Of a stretch of 64,000 nt of DNA, positions 14,106-27,051 are shown piece after piece. Made by a program: the position numbers and the translations under genes. The notes beneath the pieces were generated by a model, which saw only the letters and a program-made list of their open reading frames with translations, did not search any database and was not told where the DNA came from. Every line of letters starts with the position of its first letter. Within the stretch, counting starts at the first letter, position 1. The DNA comes from Amoebidium appalachense (lineage: Eukaryota > Protista > Ichthyosporea): assembly GCA_963693365.1 (NCBI GenBank), contig CAVNZM010000014.1, positions 3,782,001-3,846,000 of the forward strand, written 5' to 3'.

Positions 14106-15871
14106 TTGTGTGTGTGTGCATGTGAGTGCACGTGTGTGCACGTGTGTGCATGTGAGTACATGGGACGGCATTGAGGGCGGGAAGGGCAAGTGGAGAAAAA
14201 GCCCGAGAGGGGGGGAGGGGGGAAGGGGGAGGAGGGTGCGGGGGAAAGGGTCAGAATGCCCTACCACGTACGAAATACACACTCAAGGCGGAAAACATCA
14301 TCCAGAGATTGCAGAGCACACACAAAAAGTATGATCATAGGCAGAGCCCATCCTCAGCTTCCATAGCCCCTCGGGGAGTGGGGGGAGAAAGGGAGGGGGA
14401 GGGGGAGGGGGAAGGGGGGGGGGGGGGGGGGGGGGGGGGGTAAGTCAATGGCAAACATCAAGCAAAGACAACAGAAGCCAAAAGACAAAAACTGGAAACA
14501 GAAACCAAAACTATTATGCAGGCTGAAGGCACCGAAACAGAGCCCATTATCAGGGAGCGTTCCGGGGGGAGGGGAGGGAGGGGAGGGGGGCAGGTTATCG
14601 GGAAGGTTTGAGCAAAAAAGAAGAGCACTCGAAGGGGTGTGAGGGTGGGTGCTGGATGGGGGGAGTGGGGGGTGGTGTCAGAAAGGGTAAAGGAGGGTAG
14701 ACTTTGACGGTGCCGCCTGTAAGTCTCGAGGGGGAAGGGGTGAGGGGAGAGAGGGAGAGAGGGAGAGAGAGAGGGAGAGGGAGAGGGAGGGAGGGAGGGA
14801 GGGAGGGAGGGAGGGAGGGGGGGGGAGAGGGAGAGAGAGAGAGAGAGAGTGAGAGAGAGAAAGAGAGAGAGAGAAGGCGTGGAGAGGAGGGGATAGGGCG
14901 AAATGGGGCTGAGGAGGACCATCAAAAAAGGAAATGATGTTAACGGAAAGAATGCTAGGAAGCAAGGAGCAGACCAGGACAACCACGAGACAAAAGAGAG
15001 GTGAGAACAAGAGTGAACAAAACACAATGGTGTAAGAAATGAAACCCGTATATGATACAGAAGGGACGGAGTGAGACCGTGGAAAGAGAGAAGCAGTGGG
15101 GGGTGGGGGTGGGTGGGTGGGTGGGTGTGTGTGTGTGGGGGGGGGGGTTGGCGGGGTAGGGAGGGGGAAGATTGGGATCAGGGGGGAGTGGGGACGTTGG
15201 GACCATATCTCAAGCAAAGAAATGGTTGTTAAAAACAGAAATTGATTTCTGGTGTTATGTTAAGTCTAAGGAAACGAGTACACCAAAGGTGATGGTGGTG
15301 GGTAGGTGGTGGTGGTGGTGGTGGTGGTGGTGGGGGGGGGGGGGGGGGGGGGGGGGAAGGCTAAGGCTTGAAGTTGTGGGGCTACTGAGAAGTGCTTTCC
15401 TGATGCAAGTGTGTTCTTGTTACAAGTGTGCTTTTGGAAGTGTTAAATGTGTTTGTGCACGTGATTGCGCTTGAGGTGTGTACGTGCGCGCATGTGCGTG
15501 TGTGCCGTAAAGGACAATAAAATGTGTATCACCCTATGAGACACTGCCCACATCAACCAAGCAAACAATACATTTTCAAGTATAGTGATAATTCGCTCTG
15601 AGCATCGTGTAGATGGTCTATGCAGAAAGAAATGCGGAGGCCAAACAGGGGTGACATGTCTTTCATGCATCCCCGTAAGACGGTGCTGCTGTCAAGCTCC
15701 GACAAACAGTAAGGGAGGTGTCTTAAATGCCTTCGTCTTTATGTGTGAAGCACATGCTCGTTCCCGTTTTTAGAGTTTATGGGTGACAAGTCTCGTTTCA
15801 GGAAAACTACAGCTCACCTTTTTGGCCGGCTTCCCTGTGGGGGCGTCAGTCCCCTTCCTTTTGGTACTCAT
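8937..15871 (-). CDS. TOP6A: DNA topoisomerase VI subunit A (SPO11-3/TOP6A type), 7 exons, ~414 aa
   Basis: Exons 15818-15871, 13708-13909, 12082-12524, 11373-11458, 10197-10440, 9562-9618, 8937-9095; all GT-AG and phase-consistent (1245 nt). Motifs: [29 protein letters not shown] (catalytic Tyr), [22 protein letters not shown] (TOPRIM E), [23 protein letters not shown] (DxD), KAEIQAL. These match plant-type SPO11-3/RHL2 closely, from my knowledge of that protein. Confidence 0.95.
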
Positions 15872-16445
15872 GTTGGCGTCTGAGGGCGGTATCCGGCCCA
15901 AGATAGACAGCAGTAGAAGTTGCGGTAGGAAAAGAAAGTAAGGATTTCTGACGAAAGTCCAGAGGTGAAAGGGTCACAAGGTCTCTGGAAGTCCTCGTTT
16001 TTTCTTCTTGCTTGGAGGTTGCTCGGAATCCCTTGACACCAAAATATGTCGTCACGAGCACCAGAGAAAAACACAACAGATCTAGTGTTCTGCTTGTTTG
16101 GTGTGCGCGTGCTCCTTCTCCTGGAAGAGAACTAAAGGAAACGTAACATTACCAACTTTGCAATTAAACCCTCCCTGCTTTCAGCCTCTTTGCTGATGCC
16201 ATTAACTGAATTCGAGCAAGAAACCACGCCAATGGCCATGCGCGCAGAAGAAGAATAGAGTCAACTATCGTGTTCACTGTGCTCTCAGCTACCTCAGTTA
16301 ATGCACCGGTTTCCCTTCTTTGTTTATGCTCTTATGTAAAGTTCTGTTACTAACATTAGCTTCGGCTTCCGCCCGGCGGACAGCAGGACAAGTGTCAAGT
16401 GAGTGGGCAGCTGCGCAGCGGCCGTGACCCGGCGCCGGCGGCAAG

Positions 16446-16478
16446 TTTTGGCGCCAAAAAAACAAATCAACCAATCAG
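16446..16478. promoter_or_regulatory. Palindromic E2F-type site plus adjacent CCAAT (NF-Y) box in a GC-rich patch ~575 bp upstream of the TOP6A start
   Basis: TTTTGGCGCCAAAA (16446-16459) matches the E2F consensus TTTSSCGC on both strands; AACCAATCAG at 16469-16478. A second TTTCGCGC is at ~17231. Confidence 0.5.
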
Positions 16479-18284
16479 TGTAGAGCGGGGGCTCCGGTGT
16501 ACAGGGCCGCGTGACGGGCGTCGCCGGGAACGGTGCACCCTCACAAGCCGAGTGTGCTCTGCTTGGAAATGGCTTCAGAGATCAGAGCCTAACTCTGCTC
16601 CCCGTCGCTCTCCCCTTGTGCCCTACAGTACCCGTGCCACACGCACACACACACACATACATATGCATGCACCTGGGGTCCTGCAATGCTACGCTACAAG
16701 CAGCTGTTAGCGACGCTGAGTGCATGTCGATGTCTGCAAGATGATGTGTGGGTTCACATTTACACATCACTGCGGATACAACCAAGGCTGGGCCGGATAT
16801 ATCATATAACCCGGACTGCCTGCTTGCCAAGACCTCTATTCTGTCAGAGTTGGAGAACTTGTAAACATTGGTAAGTGTAAATGAAAACAGCGTATATGCT
16901 GCATACCTGCTGCCACACTGCATGTATCACTGCACATAGGGGCGAAGGGCACAGGGAAGGCTTAGTATTCTGGATCCAACCGTAGAGTATCAAGTTCACC
17001 AACAACCAAGAAGAAGCACCTGTGACTTGTAGTTGGTGCTGCTGCTGCTGCTGATGGTGGTGGCTGTGGTGGTGGTAGTTTTTTTTTTTTTTTTTGGGGG
17101 GGGGGGGGGGAGGGGGGGAAGACTGAGGGGAAGGTGGGTAGGGGGGAAGGTGGGGGAGGGATGGGAGGGGCGGATGCGGAAAGTCCACTTATTCCTACTG
17201 TTTTTAATAAACTCTATAAAAAAGTTTTTTTTTCGCGCCATCTGCAAGCTGCGCTCCGCCTGCAAAGGGCCCGACTGCTAAACATCTGTCACATGTCTGT
17301 AGCATTAATCTCAACTCGAATTGCTTTGCGTAACCACGTGTCGGGCTCGCTATAGAGATCATGGATCTCTCAACATGATCTCTCAAGCACATGCCACAGG
17401 TTGCACAGTCATATGGCACGATGCATCGGATTGTACAAATGCATAGTGTGCGCTATCGTGTGATGGCACAAATGCAAAGTGTATTGGGACATGTGCAGCT
17501 GACGAAGTGTTGTGCTGTAGCGGGCTTTCCAAAACAGAAAAACGACGTATTCTGCATTCCAAACCCCAAGCTGACTGTGCAATATGCCTGCAAGGCTGCG
17601 GCGCATGCAAACCTTTAAGCACGAGATGTACCAAAAACTCGCCGAGTTTAATCGTTGTCTGGCACTAATAGCAGGATTAGCGTAAAGCCTTCAGGCTTCA
17701 ATCGAAGATTAGTATGCACCAAAAACTCGTTTCATGTCAGTGAGGCGGGTCTATACGAAGGAAGGTCGACTGCTAAATATGGCATATGCATCCGCGCCGG
17801 CATTCCAAGAGAGTGCGTGTTATAGAAATGTGTTGATTAGTGTATTTGCTTCTATCGTTCAAAACCTTAGGTGTGTACTCTCACAGAAATGCCAAAGATA
17901 GCAGAAAAATAGTAGAAGGGCACTTATATATGTATCATGTTTGCATCTAAGACACTTATTCTATACTCGGATGCCTATAGAAACCACGTCATACGAAGCT
18001 TTGAAGTGTGACCGGAGCGGAATGGCGCATTATCATTACCCACCTTTGGAAAAACTTTGTCATTGGATTATAGAAAAAGGCGCGTACATAATCCAATCAG
18101 CGCTGTGCAGCCTGGACAGCAGTGGGCACGTTCGTTGCTCTGTCTGTGTTCGTGCCACACCTAACTCCAAATGCCGGAGTGTCTGTCTGCCGGAGTGTGA
18201 CTTAGGAAAGGGAACAAACGCCACATGTTTAGCTTAGCTCCGGACGTTTAGGAGGTGCTGTTGTGCACCAAACGGGGCTTGAAA

Positions 18285-19751
18285 ATGGATGTAGAACGAG
18301 ACCGAGAACTTCTGGCAGCATTGGAAGAACTTCTAGGGCTTGGGTTTCTAGGAACAGATGGCAACGACGAGCAAGAGGATGTGTCTATGAACCCAGACAC
18401 CGAAAATGGCGGTGAACGGGAGGAAAATGTGCCTAAACATGCTCCGCACACAGACGCACGAGAGAACGCTTTTGGCAATCACCTTCGCGATACAACCAAC
18501 CTGCTACGGGGTAACGAAAAGGGACTACCTCAAAAGCGAAAAAAGGAGCTACAGCTGCAGCGCGCACGCGAGCTGAATTTGAATAAGCGCAAATCCGAGA
18601 GTGAGCTCAACGACGAGCAGAGAAAGCGGCGTCGTAAGGTAGAGGAGTCATATGCAAACCGTACCACGAGTTTCCGACTCTGCTTCGACTGCTACGAATT
18701 GCTGGCACAGAGTACGAAGTATTGCTTTGGTTGCCAACTTGAGCATGTTCTGCAGCAAAAGCAGGAAACCGATCGCAGGTATCGCATGCACAAGCCGGTA
18801 GTTGAAGTCTGCACTGGTAGTCTGCCGTTGCCAAAGGAGCGGCGCGAGATGATATCACTGCTGGCGGCTGCGGAGGAGGGAGCTAGCCCAGCGGCAGGAG
18901 CTTACAGCCGGCGCATTTTTCTTGTCAAGGGCAGAAACCCATGAGGCCCCGATCGACGGTATGTAAAGCAGGTTTACACATTTTTTGTGGTGCATACGTG
19001 TGTGTGCTTTAAAGCGTGTGCCTGTTACACCTTTGTTGACTGACCGACTATTATGGGTGTCCTCCCCACCTCCCTCTCTTTCTTTCTCCTACCTGCCTCC
19101 ATCTCTGTGCGAGTCCCCACCTGTGTGCCCGGCTACCTGTCCGCCTTTGTGTGTGCTTGCCAACGGTAGATGCCTCTGCCCGTGTGCCTGTCTTCTGGCT
19201 GCCTGCCTGCTTTGCGCATGCCTGCCTGTGTCCTTCTGCCCTGTGTGCATTCCTGCACCTGTGGTTGCCTGCCTGTTTTGCTGCCTGCTTGTGGGCTTGT
19301 GTGCCTGTGTGCTTGGCAAGTGATTGTTCTTGGTGCTCGTGGAGCCTTTTCTTTATATGTATGATTTTTTTCTACCTTTTTTTGGGGGGGGGGAGGGGGG
19401 GAGGTGGGGTGAGGGGGGGGGGGGGGGTGCCGATGCACAGCCAGCATGCAGCCCTGCTGACCGGGAAAAGGCATTGCGCCTTTGGAGCCCGGGGCTTCTG
19501 GGTCGGCAGCGGATGATTGAGGAGGATGCAGAGCACTTCGGGTTCAGCCAGGTGCAGAAGGTGCTTGATGGCAAAAGAAACCCGACTGGGTGCTATGTAG
19601 GTGAATGCTATGTAGGTGCGTGTGCTTGTTGTTGGATGGGCTGTGTAAGGTTGTGGCAATGGGCTCGAGGGCTTGTAGGATAATGGGTACCATTGCGAAC
19701 TAAGCTCAAGGGTGCCTGATATGAGTCATCATATTTGTGTGTGGCTTTCCG

Positions 19752-19808
<57 letters not shown>

Positions 19809-19869
19809 TAGGGGTCGCTGTTTAGGTTGGCGCTCTTTACTGTTGGAGGGGCGTGGATTTTTTTTTTTT

Positions 19870-19921
<52 letters not shown>

Positions 19922-19945
19922 TAAAAACAATATGGTTCGGTTGGC

Positions 19946-20015
<70 letters not shown>

Positions 20016-20969
20016 TGTGAGTCTGTGTATGTGTCTGTGTCTGCGTCTGCGTCTGTGTCTGTGTCTGTGTCAGTCTGTGTGCGTGATTGAGTTGACTTGG
20101 ATAGGTGGGCAGTAGAAATTTGTGTTCCTGGGGGGGTGTAGGCAAGGGTGAGGGGAAGGAAGACACAAGACACCTGCTTATTATCTGCCTCTTGCAGTGC
20201 ACGGTGGTGTTGCAGAAAGTGCAGACGATGGGGATGCGCTTGATGATCCCACTGGCTTCCGTGTTGTCTATGCCCGTTCTGATAAGAATGGGCGCATTGT
20301 CTCCTTCTCCTGTAGTTGCCCAGAGTACCGTGGGCGCAAGCGCAATGCCAAACGCGATGGTTTTGTCCGATGCTTCCACTTCTGGCCCCTTCAGATGTCT
20401 TTTTCTGCTGAAAAGGTAAGCCCTCAGCCACGCAGAAAGGGGGGAGGGGGGAAGGGGGGGGTTTGAATGCGGAAAACGGTACGAAGTAAGCATACACGAC
20501 GAGAAGCATGGTGCAGGACACATGGGGGGGAAGGGGGGGGGGGGGGGGGGGGGCAGAAGGACAGGGTTTCTTTTCCCTTTTCTTTTCTTTTCTTTTTTCC
20601 CTCCATTTTCCTAGACAGACACACACAGAGAGAGAGATAGAGGGAGAGAAGAGACACACACACATACACGTCACACATAGCATACATCATGTATGTATGC
20701 ATATACATGGACATGTGTACATGTATGCAGGCTCGCACACATCCTCTCACACAAGCCACAATTGCACTTTACACTATCCCCCCTCTCCCCCTCTCCCCCC
20801 CACCAAAAAAAAAAAAAAAAAAAAGTCTCCATAGCTAACATCCCCACCCAGACTCCCATTCAACCTTGATCACAGATGATCCGACTAAAAATACCCCCCT
20901 CCCCGGTACCCCCCCCCCCCCCCCCCCCCCCCCCAACCAACCAACCAATCAACCAACCAACCAACCAAC

Positions 20970-21007
<38 letters not shown>

Positions 21008-21604
21008 ACACCCCAACCCTTTTGAGTCCCGTACTCCTGTAAACCAAAAATTGACTCCTGTAAACCACAGGAGGTGGATGTGCCCCAACTGGCCATGTAC
21101 TATGGACCGCGCCGACCTAAGGCTCCCGAGGCCCTTCCTCGCGACCTTGCACATGGCAAGCCCCGCTGGTTCCTGCATCGCACCGGTCAAATCAAGCGAT
21201 ATTTGATGTTCGATAATTTTCACTCCAACCCTGCACAAGGACGGCAACACAAGCATAAGCGGTCGGAGGCAACCAATCGGTCGCGCTGTGATGCCTACAA
21301 CGCGCGCCTGTGCAAGCAGCTCAAAAGGCAGCATCCGTACAACACAGTTTCGCATGAGATTTGGAACAGCCTTGCCGAGCGCCGCAAAGCAACTGTGCGG
21401 TACCCGGACCCGTATGCGTTCTACCTCGCCAACGTGTACCTCGACTACTGCACCAACAAGAAGCTGGTAGCTGCCCAGCGCGAGAGCATGCAGAAGTGCG
21501 CTCTAGATGGGGAGTTTGTGGTGCGGGGGCCAGATCACTGCTGGGCATTTGCCTGTGCAAAGTGCGAGACCATTGGGCACCGTGCTGAGCAGTGCCCGGC
21601 CTGA
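18285..21604 (+). pseudogene. Spliced KDZ (Kyakuja/Dileera/Zisupton)-like transposase remnant with SWIM finger and C-terminal CCHC zinc knuckle; premature stop, central core apparently missing
   Basis: Exons 18285-18958, 19452-19600, 20198-20415, 21071-21604 join in phase, with one in-frame TGA at 18942-18944. Motifs: CFDC..CFGC; SWIM-like FSCSCPEY...RCFH; FDNFH...KHK...C...YNTVSHEIWNS (resembles the DxFH..H..C..N..E..N motif of KDZ transposases); CAKCETIGHRAEQC. No TIRs or TSD identified. Confidence 0.55.
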
Positions 21605-21751
21605 GTCCAGGGGTGCATGGGGGCTAGTTGATCTCTCCACTTAGTGTGGGCCTTTTTCGCGTGCACCTCTTTTTTTTTTTCTGCCTCTTTTCTGGGTTCT
21701 ATTTTCTTTCTGCCTCTTTTCTGGGTCGTTGCTGTGAGAGTGTGTGTTTGG

Positions 21752-21787
<36 letters not shown>

Positions 21788-22182
21788 GGGGGGGGGGGAG
21801 GAGGGGGGGGGGGAGGGGGGGGGAGGGTTACATGCTTGGATTCTTTCATTAGAAGGCTTCTGCTGTCCACCAATAAATCTGTAATGTGTATAGCTGCGGC
21901 GCCCCTCGTCTAGTGTGTGGCCGTGCTGGAAAACACAGTAAGCCACACATGCACACGAGGGGCTGTGCTCCCACCGTTTCCCAAAATATAGGCCGTGTAA
22001 ACCTGTTGGTTATCGCTGGGGAAGACGTGGTAGGGAAGACGGGGTAGGGGGGTCCATGAGTGAAAATGTATGCTGAAAAAAGAAAGCGTAAAGCCTGTTT
22101 TCATGATTAGTATAGTATAAATCATTAAGTAATGTTTGCCCGGTACCCAGCGTGTCAGATGTATTGCCACTGCCTGTGCTCG

Positions 22183-22221
<39 letters not shown>

Positions 22222-22499
22222 ACCCATCCTCTCTCGGCCTCCTTTCCTTCCAAAACCTGCCTAGTGTGCCCTGAAAAGAGAGAGCCGGAGAGGCAGCACA
22301 TACACAAGAGAGGCGGGGGCGGAGGGTCCACACTAATTTAAACAATCGTATATACATAACAAAATGTAAATTATCAGTAATCCCGCAACACATGCACGAC
22401 ACATTTGTGCACTTGGTTTGCCCGATAATTAAAACTTTCAGAGGGGCTAGAAGTGGAAGCTCCGTGTGTTGCCATGTGTGTGTGTGTGTCACACGGTGT

Positions 22500-22548
<49 letters not shown>

Positions 22549-22822
22549 GTGCAAGGGTAGCGCCTGACTTTTATGAGATACTACTAACGCAGCAAGCTAC
22601 CAGCCAAGCTTGTGTGTTCACGTTTTCCAATTATATTGGGTACCGCGGCCCGATGCTGGAATAGCATGCCATGGGATTTTTTTTTTTGAAATGTGCCACG
22701 ATGGAGGGGCGAGGGGAGGGGGGTGGGGGGGGGGGGGGGGGGGGGGGGGGGGAGTAGTATATATCGACGTCCCCCCCCCCCCCCTCCCTTCTTTGAGGGG
22801 TGGTACTGGTAACTAACTATCC

Positions 22823-22864
<42 letters not shown>

Positions 22865-24127
22865 CCACCCCCCCCACCCCCTGCCCCCCGCCTGGGTATT
22901 AAATCCGGTAGTAGTATGTGTTTGTGTGTGTACGCGCGACGGCCATGGGGAGACTGGTTGCGAGTCCCTCCCAGGCCTGCGAAGGGAGTGAGGGGACCCC
23001 GGGGAGGGAGGGAGGGAAGGGAGGGGGGGGGGAGGGGGAGGGGGGAGGGGGGAGGGGCTGCTCTCTTGTGACTCTATGGTGCCACGCCTGAGTTTCAGGT
23101 GACTCATGATCAAAGAGTCCTTTCCGAGCAATAGGCTCCAATGTTACGGTTTTTGGAATAAACTATGATGTTAACGGTTACCACTGCTAAATCATAGCAC
23201 TACTGTTATATGATCACCGGGTTATCTAATTACAAAAATAGTCATATGCATGGTGGCCTGGGGGTGGGGCCCCGGGAGGGAGGGGGAAGGGGGGGGGAAG
23301 GGGGGGGGGGGGGGGGGGGGGGGAGGGGGGGGGGGGGGGCTGAGGGGGGGAGGGGGACCCATCAGAACACCTGTTCAAAGGGGAGGGGGGGGGGGGGGGG
23401 GGGGGATTGGGGGGGGAGATAAAAACCACAACTGGAGTCCCCCCAACCCCGGGGTTCACGATCAGAATCAAGAACACACCCTCAGTGCTGTCTGATTACT
23501 ATACCATATAACACAGGCCTGCGCGGCTGCAGGACCACAGTGAAGTCGATTCCGTTTATATATTCCTACTAAATTTGGTTGTTTTATACACTTTTCTCAA
23601 CATCCACGACGTGAGACCAAAAGAGTTACCGACCACATAGTAGATAGTATACGTAGGTATTCAGCAGACCTGCTGATCATGGTATGCTATCTGTTAAATT
23701 ATAATAAAGAAGTATGCTGCAGATGCTGTGTGCATACAATACTAATAATAATAATGATGACTGTCTAATAACATCCAGTCCAAATAATTGCTAACGGCAG
23801 TATTTCGCCGGCACCATATGCATCGCGCAGGCAGACATGTGCACGTGTATGCGCCGCACAACCAATATGATGACTGTACACCTGATGCATGTCCATGCAT
23901 GTACATGTGCGTGCGCGCCGTATGATCATGATGCCACAGTGCAACAAACCCGTCCACGTCCATAATGCTGCCACGCTGCAGTATTGTTCAAGTGGCACAT
24001 GTAGTATTGGGCACTATGCTCGCTCGCCCACGTGACTGGCAATGATTCTGGTTGCGCCCATGCAAGGGATTCTTGATTTTGAAACGGGGAGGGGGGTATT
24101 AACTTTGGGGGGGGGGGGGGGGGGGGG

Positions 24128-24239
24128 GGACCCACCCACCCTTCCGCCCAGCAGGGGGAGGGGGGGGGGGGGGGCACCACCCACCTGAGAAGGGTGGGTC
24201 CCCGGGGGGGGGCACCACCCACCTGAGAAGAGTGGGTCC

Positions 24240-24274
<35 letters not shown>

Positions 24275-24300
24275 CCACCCACCCCTCCGGCCAGCAGGGG
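24128..24300. repeat. Short direct and inverted repeat cluster in G-runs
   Basis: GCACCACCCACCTGAGAAG(G/A)GTGGGTCCC twice, flanked by GGACCCACC (reverse complement of GGTGGGTCC); a related copy is at ~25555-25582. Confidence 0.65.
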
Positions 24301-25151
24301 GAGGGGGGAGGGGGGACCCCCCCCCCCCCCCGGAAACTGCCATCATTTGACTATTTATATCAGATAACCTGATGATATATTAGTACTATTATCACTGCGG
24401 TTTACTTAGTATTACATTGTCAATGCCAAAACACAAACATTGAGGCTCACTAATAGAAGTCCGTGATCACCTGAAGCTCAGGCCATATGCCGTACAGTCA
24501 TATGCTCGGAGTCTCCTCCCCCCTCCCCCCTCCCCCCCTCTCCAGTCCCCTCGGAGCCCCTGTCCCCCTCCCCCCCCCCCCCTCCCCCCTCCCCCCCCCC
24601 CCCCCCCCCCCCTTTCCCACTCGTCTCCAGTTACCACACCGCGTGCGCACACACGCGCACACTTTCACACGTATTTAATGAACACGTACCTGCACACGCA
24701 CGTACCACTCACGCACACGAGGTGCAAAAACTTTGACTGAGCAAGGAGCATCCGACATACACATGAACATGCAGATGCATTCACCCACACCACACACACA
24801 CATACATTCCCTGCAAACACCAACACCGCACAGTGAGCATGATAACCTTGCCCACAATAATTCATAATAACGTAGAAATAGTTGACCGTTGCAGGTGTGT
24901 ACGTGTGTGTGTGTGGGGGGGGGGGGGCGGGGGGCGGGGGGGTTGTGTGTAGGTGTGCGTGTGTGCGTGCGCGTGTGTGCATGCATGTACTTGTGTAAAT
25001 GAGCAGCGTGAGGGAGGGGGGGGGGGGGGGGGGTGGGTGGATCATGAGTGGGGCGGGAGGGGCAGGAGGGGAGAGGGGGAGGGGGAGAGAGGGAAAGGGG
25101 ATTAAGTAATGCATCCGGCAGAAGAAGAGCACCGGCATGAACGGGTGGGAA

Positions 25152-25230
<79 letters not shown>

Positions 25231-25274
25231 TGCATATGGGCGCGCACGGACGTGTGTGTGGGTGTTTGTGCGCG

Positions 25275-25313
<39 letters not shown>

Positions 25314-26283
25314 GCGTGTGTTTGTGTGTGTGTGCGTGAATGTGTGTGTGTGTTTGTGTGTGTGTGGGGGGGGGGGGGGGGAAGGGGGAGGGGGGGGGGG
25401 GGGGCTTGGGATATGCATCAGTGGCCAAAACGGAGGCAATTCCTCCGAAAGAGAAGGAAAGAAAAAAAGTGACGAATACAACCTTGGGTGGGTGGGAAAG
25501 AGGCCGGCCATAATCACGCGCATACCGGGGGGTGGTGGTGGTGGGGGGGGGGGGCACCATCCCCCCCGGCTAGGTGGGTCCCTCCCCCCTCCGGGGGGGG
25601 GGGGGGGGGGAGGGAGGAGGGTACCACCAGGGGGAACGTCGATATCTACTCATTCCCCCCCCCCCCATTTCAAGCTGAAAGAGTTCAGCTGTTCCATTCG
25701 ATCCTACCGAAATATGTTAGCCTGACTAACGCCGGCTGGTATATATACCGGTCAGTATACGTGTGGCATACAAAGTGACTACATAAATATCAAAGGCCCG
25801 GGGTACATTTTTTTTTTTTTTTTTTTTTGCAAGTTGTAAACGTGCCAGCGCACACCGAGTGACTGCCGGGGCCCGACAGCAATGCGGCCGGGCCCACACA
25901 TCCGGATTAGCCTTTTTTGGCTTTTGCTGGCTCATCGGGACAAAGTTTCCCAGGGCTGATCTCATGATCTGATCTTAACATAAATACACACATTTGATTG
26001 GCCCAAAGTTTCGTTTACTATATAGGTAAAAAGAGGGGGTAGTTTCGTATGGACCTGGGTGCATGTCAGTCTATTCGTTGTGCAGCACCAGTCTACACTT
26101 AATTTAAAATCATACGTACACCCTGCCAGCAGAGTTAGACGTCAAGCCTTCAGTACTATCAAAGTATACATCTTTCTCAAACTACGGACATTGGTGTGCA
26201 TATTAGGTACGCACACGACAGGGAATCAAGGTTCGTTACGATTTCAAGCTACATACATTTCGCAAAGTTTCTGGTTGCTAGAT

Positions 26284-27051
26284 CTATTCTAATTGTGTAT
26301 GGGCTACTGCTGCTGTCTGCAGCTGCGCATACATGTTACTATAGTACCCCTGAATGGCCACATACATATTATGCTGCATAGACTTTGCCAAGCTAACAAA
26401 ATAAAAGGATTGGCGAAGACTCTGCAGCTCATATTCAAGCGCTTGCACTCGCTGCGCCAGATCTTCTGCCTCCTCCGACTTGGTTTCGGCGAGCTGACGC
26501 AACAAACGGTGTTCCGCATTTCTTCGCCCATGTGTCTTCAAGACACGGTGCTTGCCGGAGCATTTCTGCCGTCTCAACGACTCGAGCTTACGTTCAATGA
26601 GCGTCGAACACCTGTGCTCGTTCTCGCTATTCTCACTATCAGACATACATAGCCTCTTGTACATGTGTTGTGACGACTCCGTTTCTTCGTCACTATACTC
26701 TTCCGAACTGCCTTCCGAACTGTCTGTGGTAAGCTCAGCGTCTGCAAGTTCGGAAAAATAGCGCTTGGCGCCAGCGGTAGGCGTCTCGACGATGCTTTCT
26801 TTGTCTACTGGAGCAGGGGAGATACTCTCTGGTGTGCTGCAGTCTGCACTTTCATCGCAATGCTTCATGTGCTGCGTTTCGCACGCATCCTTATTTTTGC
26901 ATTCTTTCAAGCCCCCCATGAGTTCAGAGAAATAGGAGTTAGGGTCTATATATCCGGACCCCTCTGCGTTTACTGCCTCTACTTTTACAACTAGCGACGG
27001 TGCCATTTCAATATGATACGTTTTGGACAGCTCGCTTTCTTTCTGCTCCAT
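26284..27051 (-). CDS. Intronless 255-aa hypothetical protein; acidic/Ser-rich middle, basic region and heptad coiled coil (bZIP-like)
   Basis: Long non-repetitive ORF with ATG. KHRVLKTHGRRNAEHRLLRQ followed by EAEDLAQRVQALEYELQSLRQ (Leu every 7 residues). The basic region is not a canonical bZIP N-x7-R. Confidence 0.5.
   Translation of the reverse strand: MEQKESELSKTYHIEMAPSLVVKVEAVNAEGSGYIDPNSYFSELMGGLKECKNKDACETQHMKHCDESADCSTPESISPAPVDKESIVETPTAGAKRYFSELADAELTTDSSEGSSEEYSDEETESSQHMYKRLCMSDSENSENEHRCSTLIERKLESLRRQKCSGKHRVLKTHGRRNAEHRLLRQLAETKSEEAEDLAQRVQALEYELQSLRQSFYFVSLAKSMQHNMYVAIQGYYSNMYAQLQTAAVAHTQLE

Noticed and set aside
8937-15871. Annotation as meiotic SPO11-1/-2
   Set aside because: Motifs such as [26 protein letters not shown] and GSKNMSYDS are characteristic of the SPO11-3/TOP6A clade.
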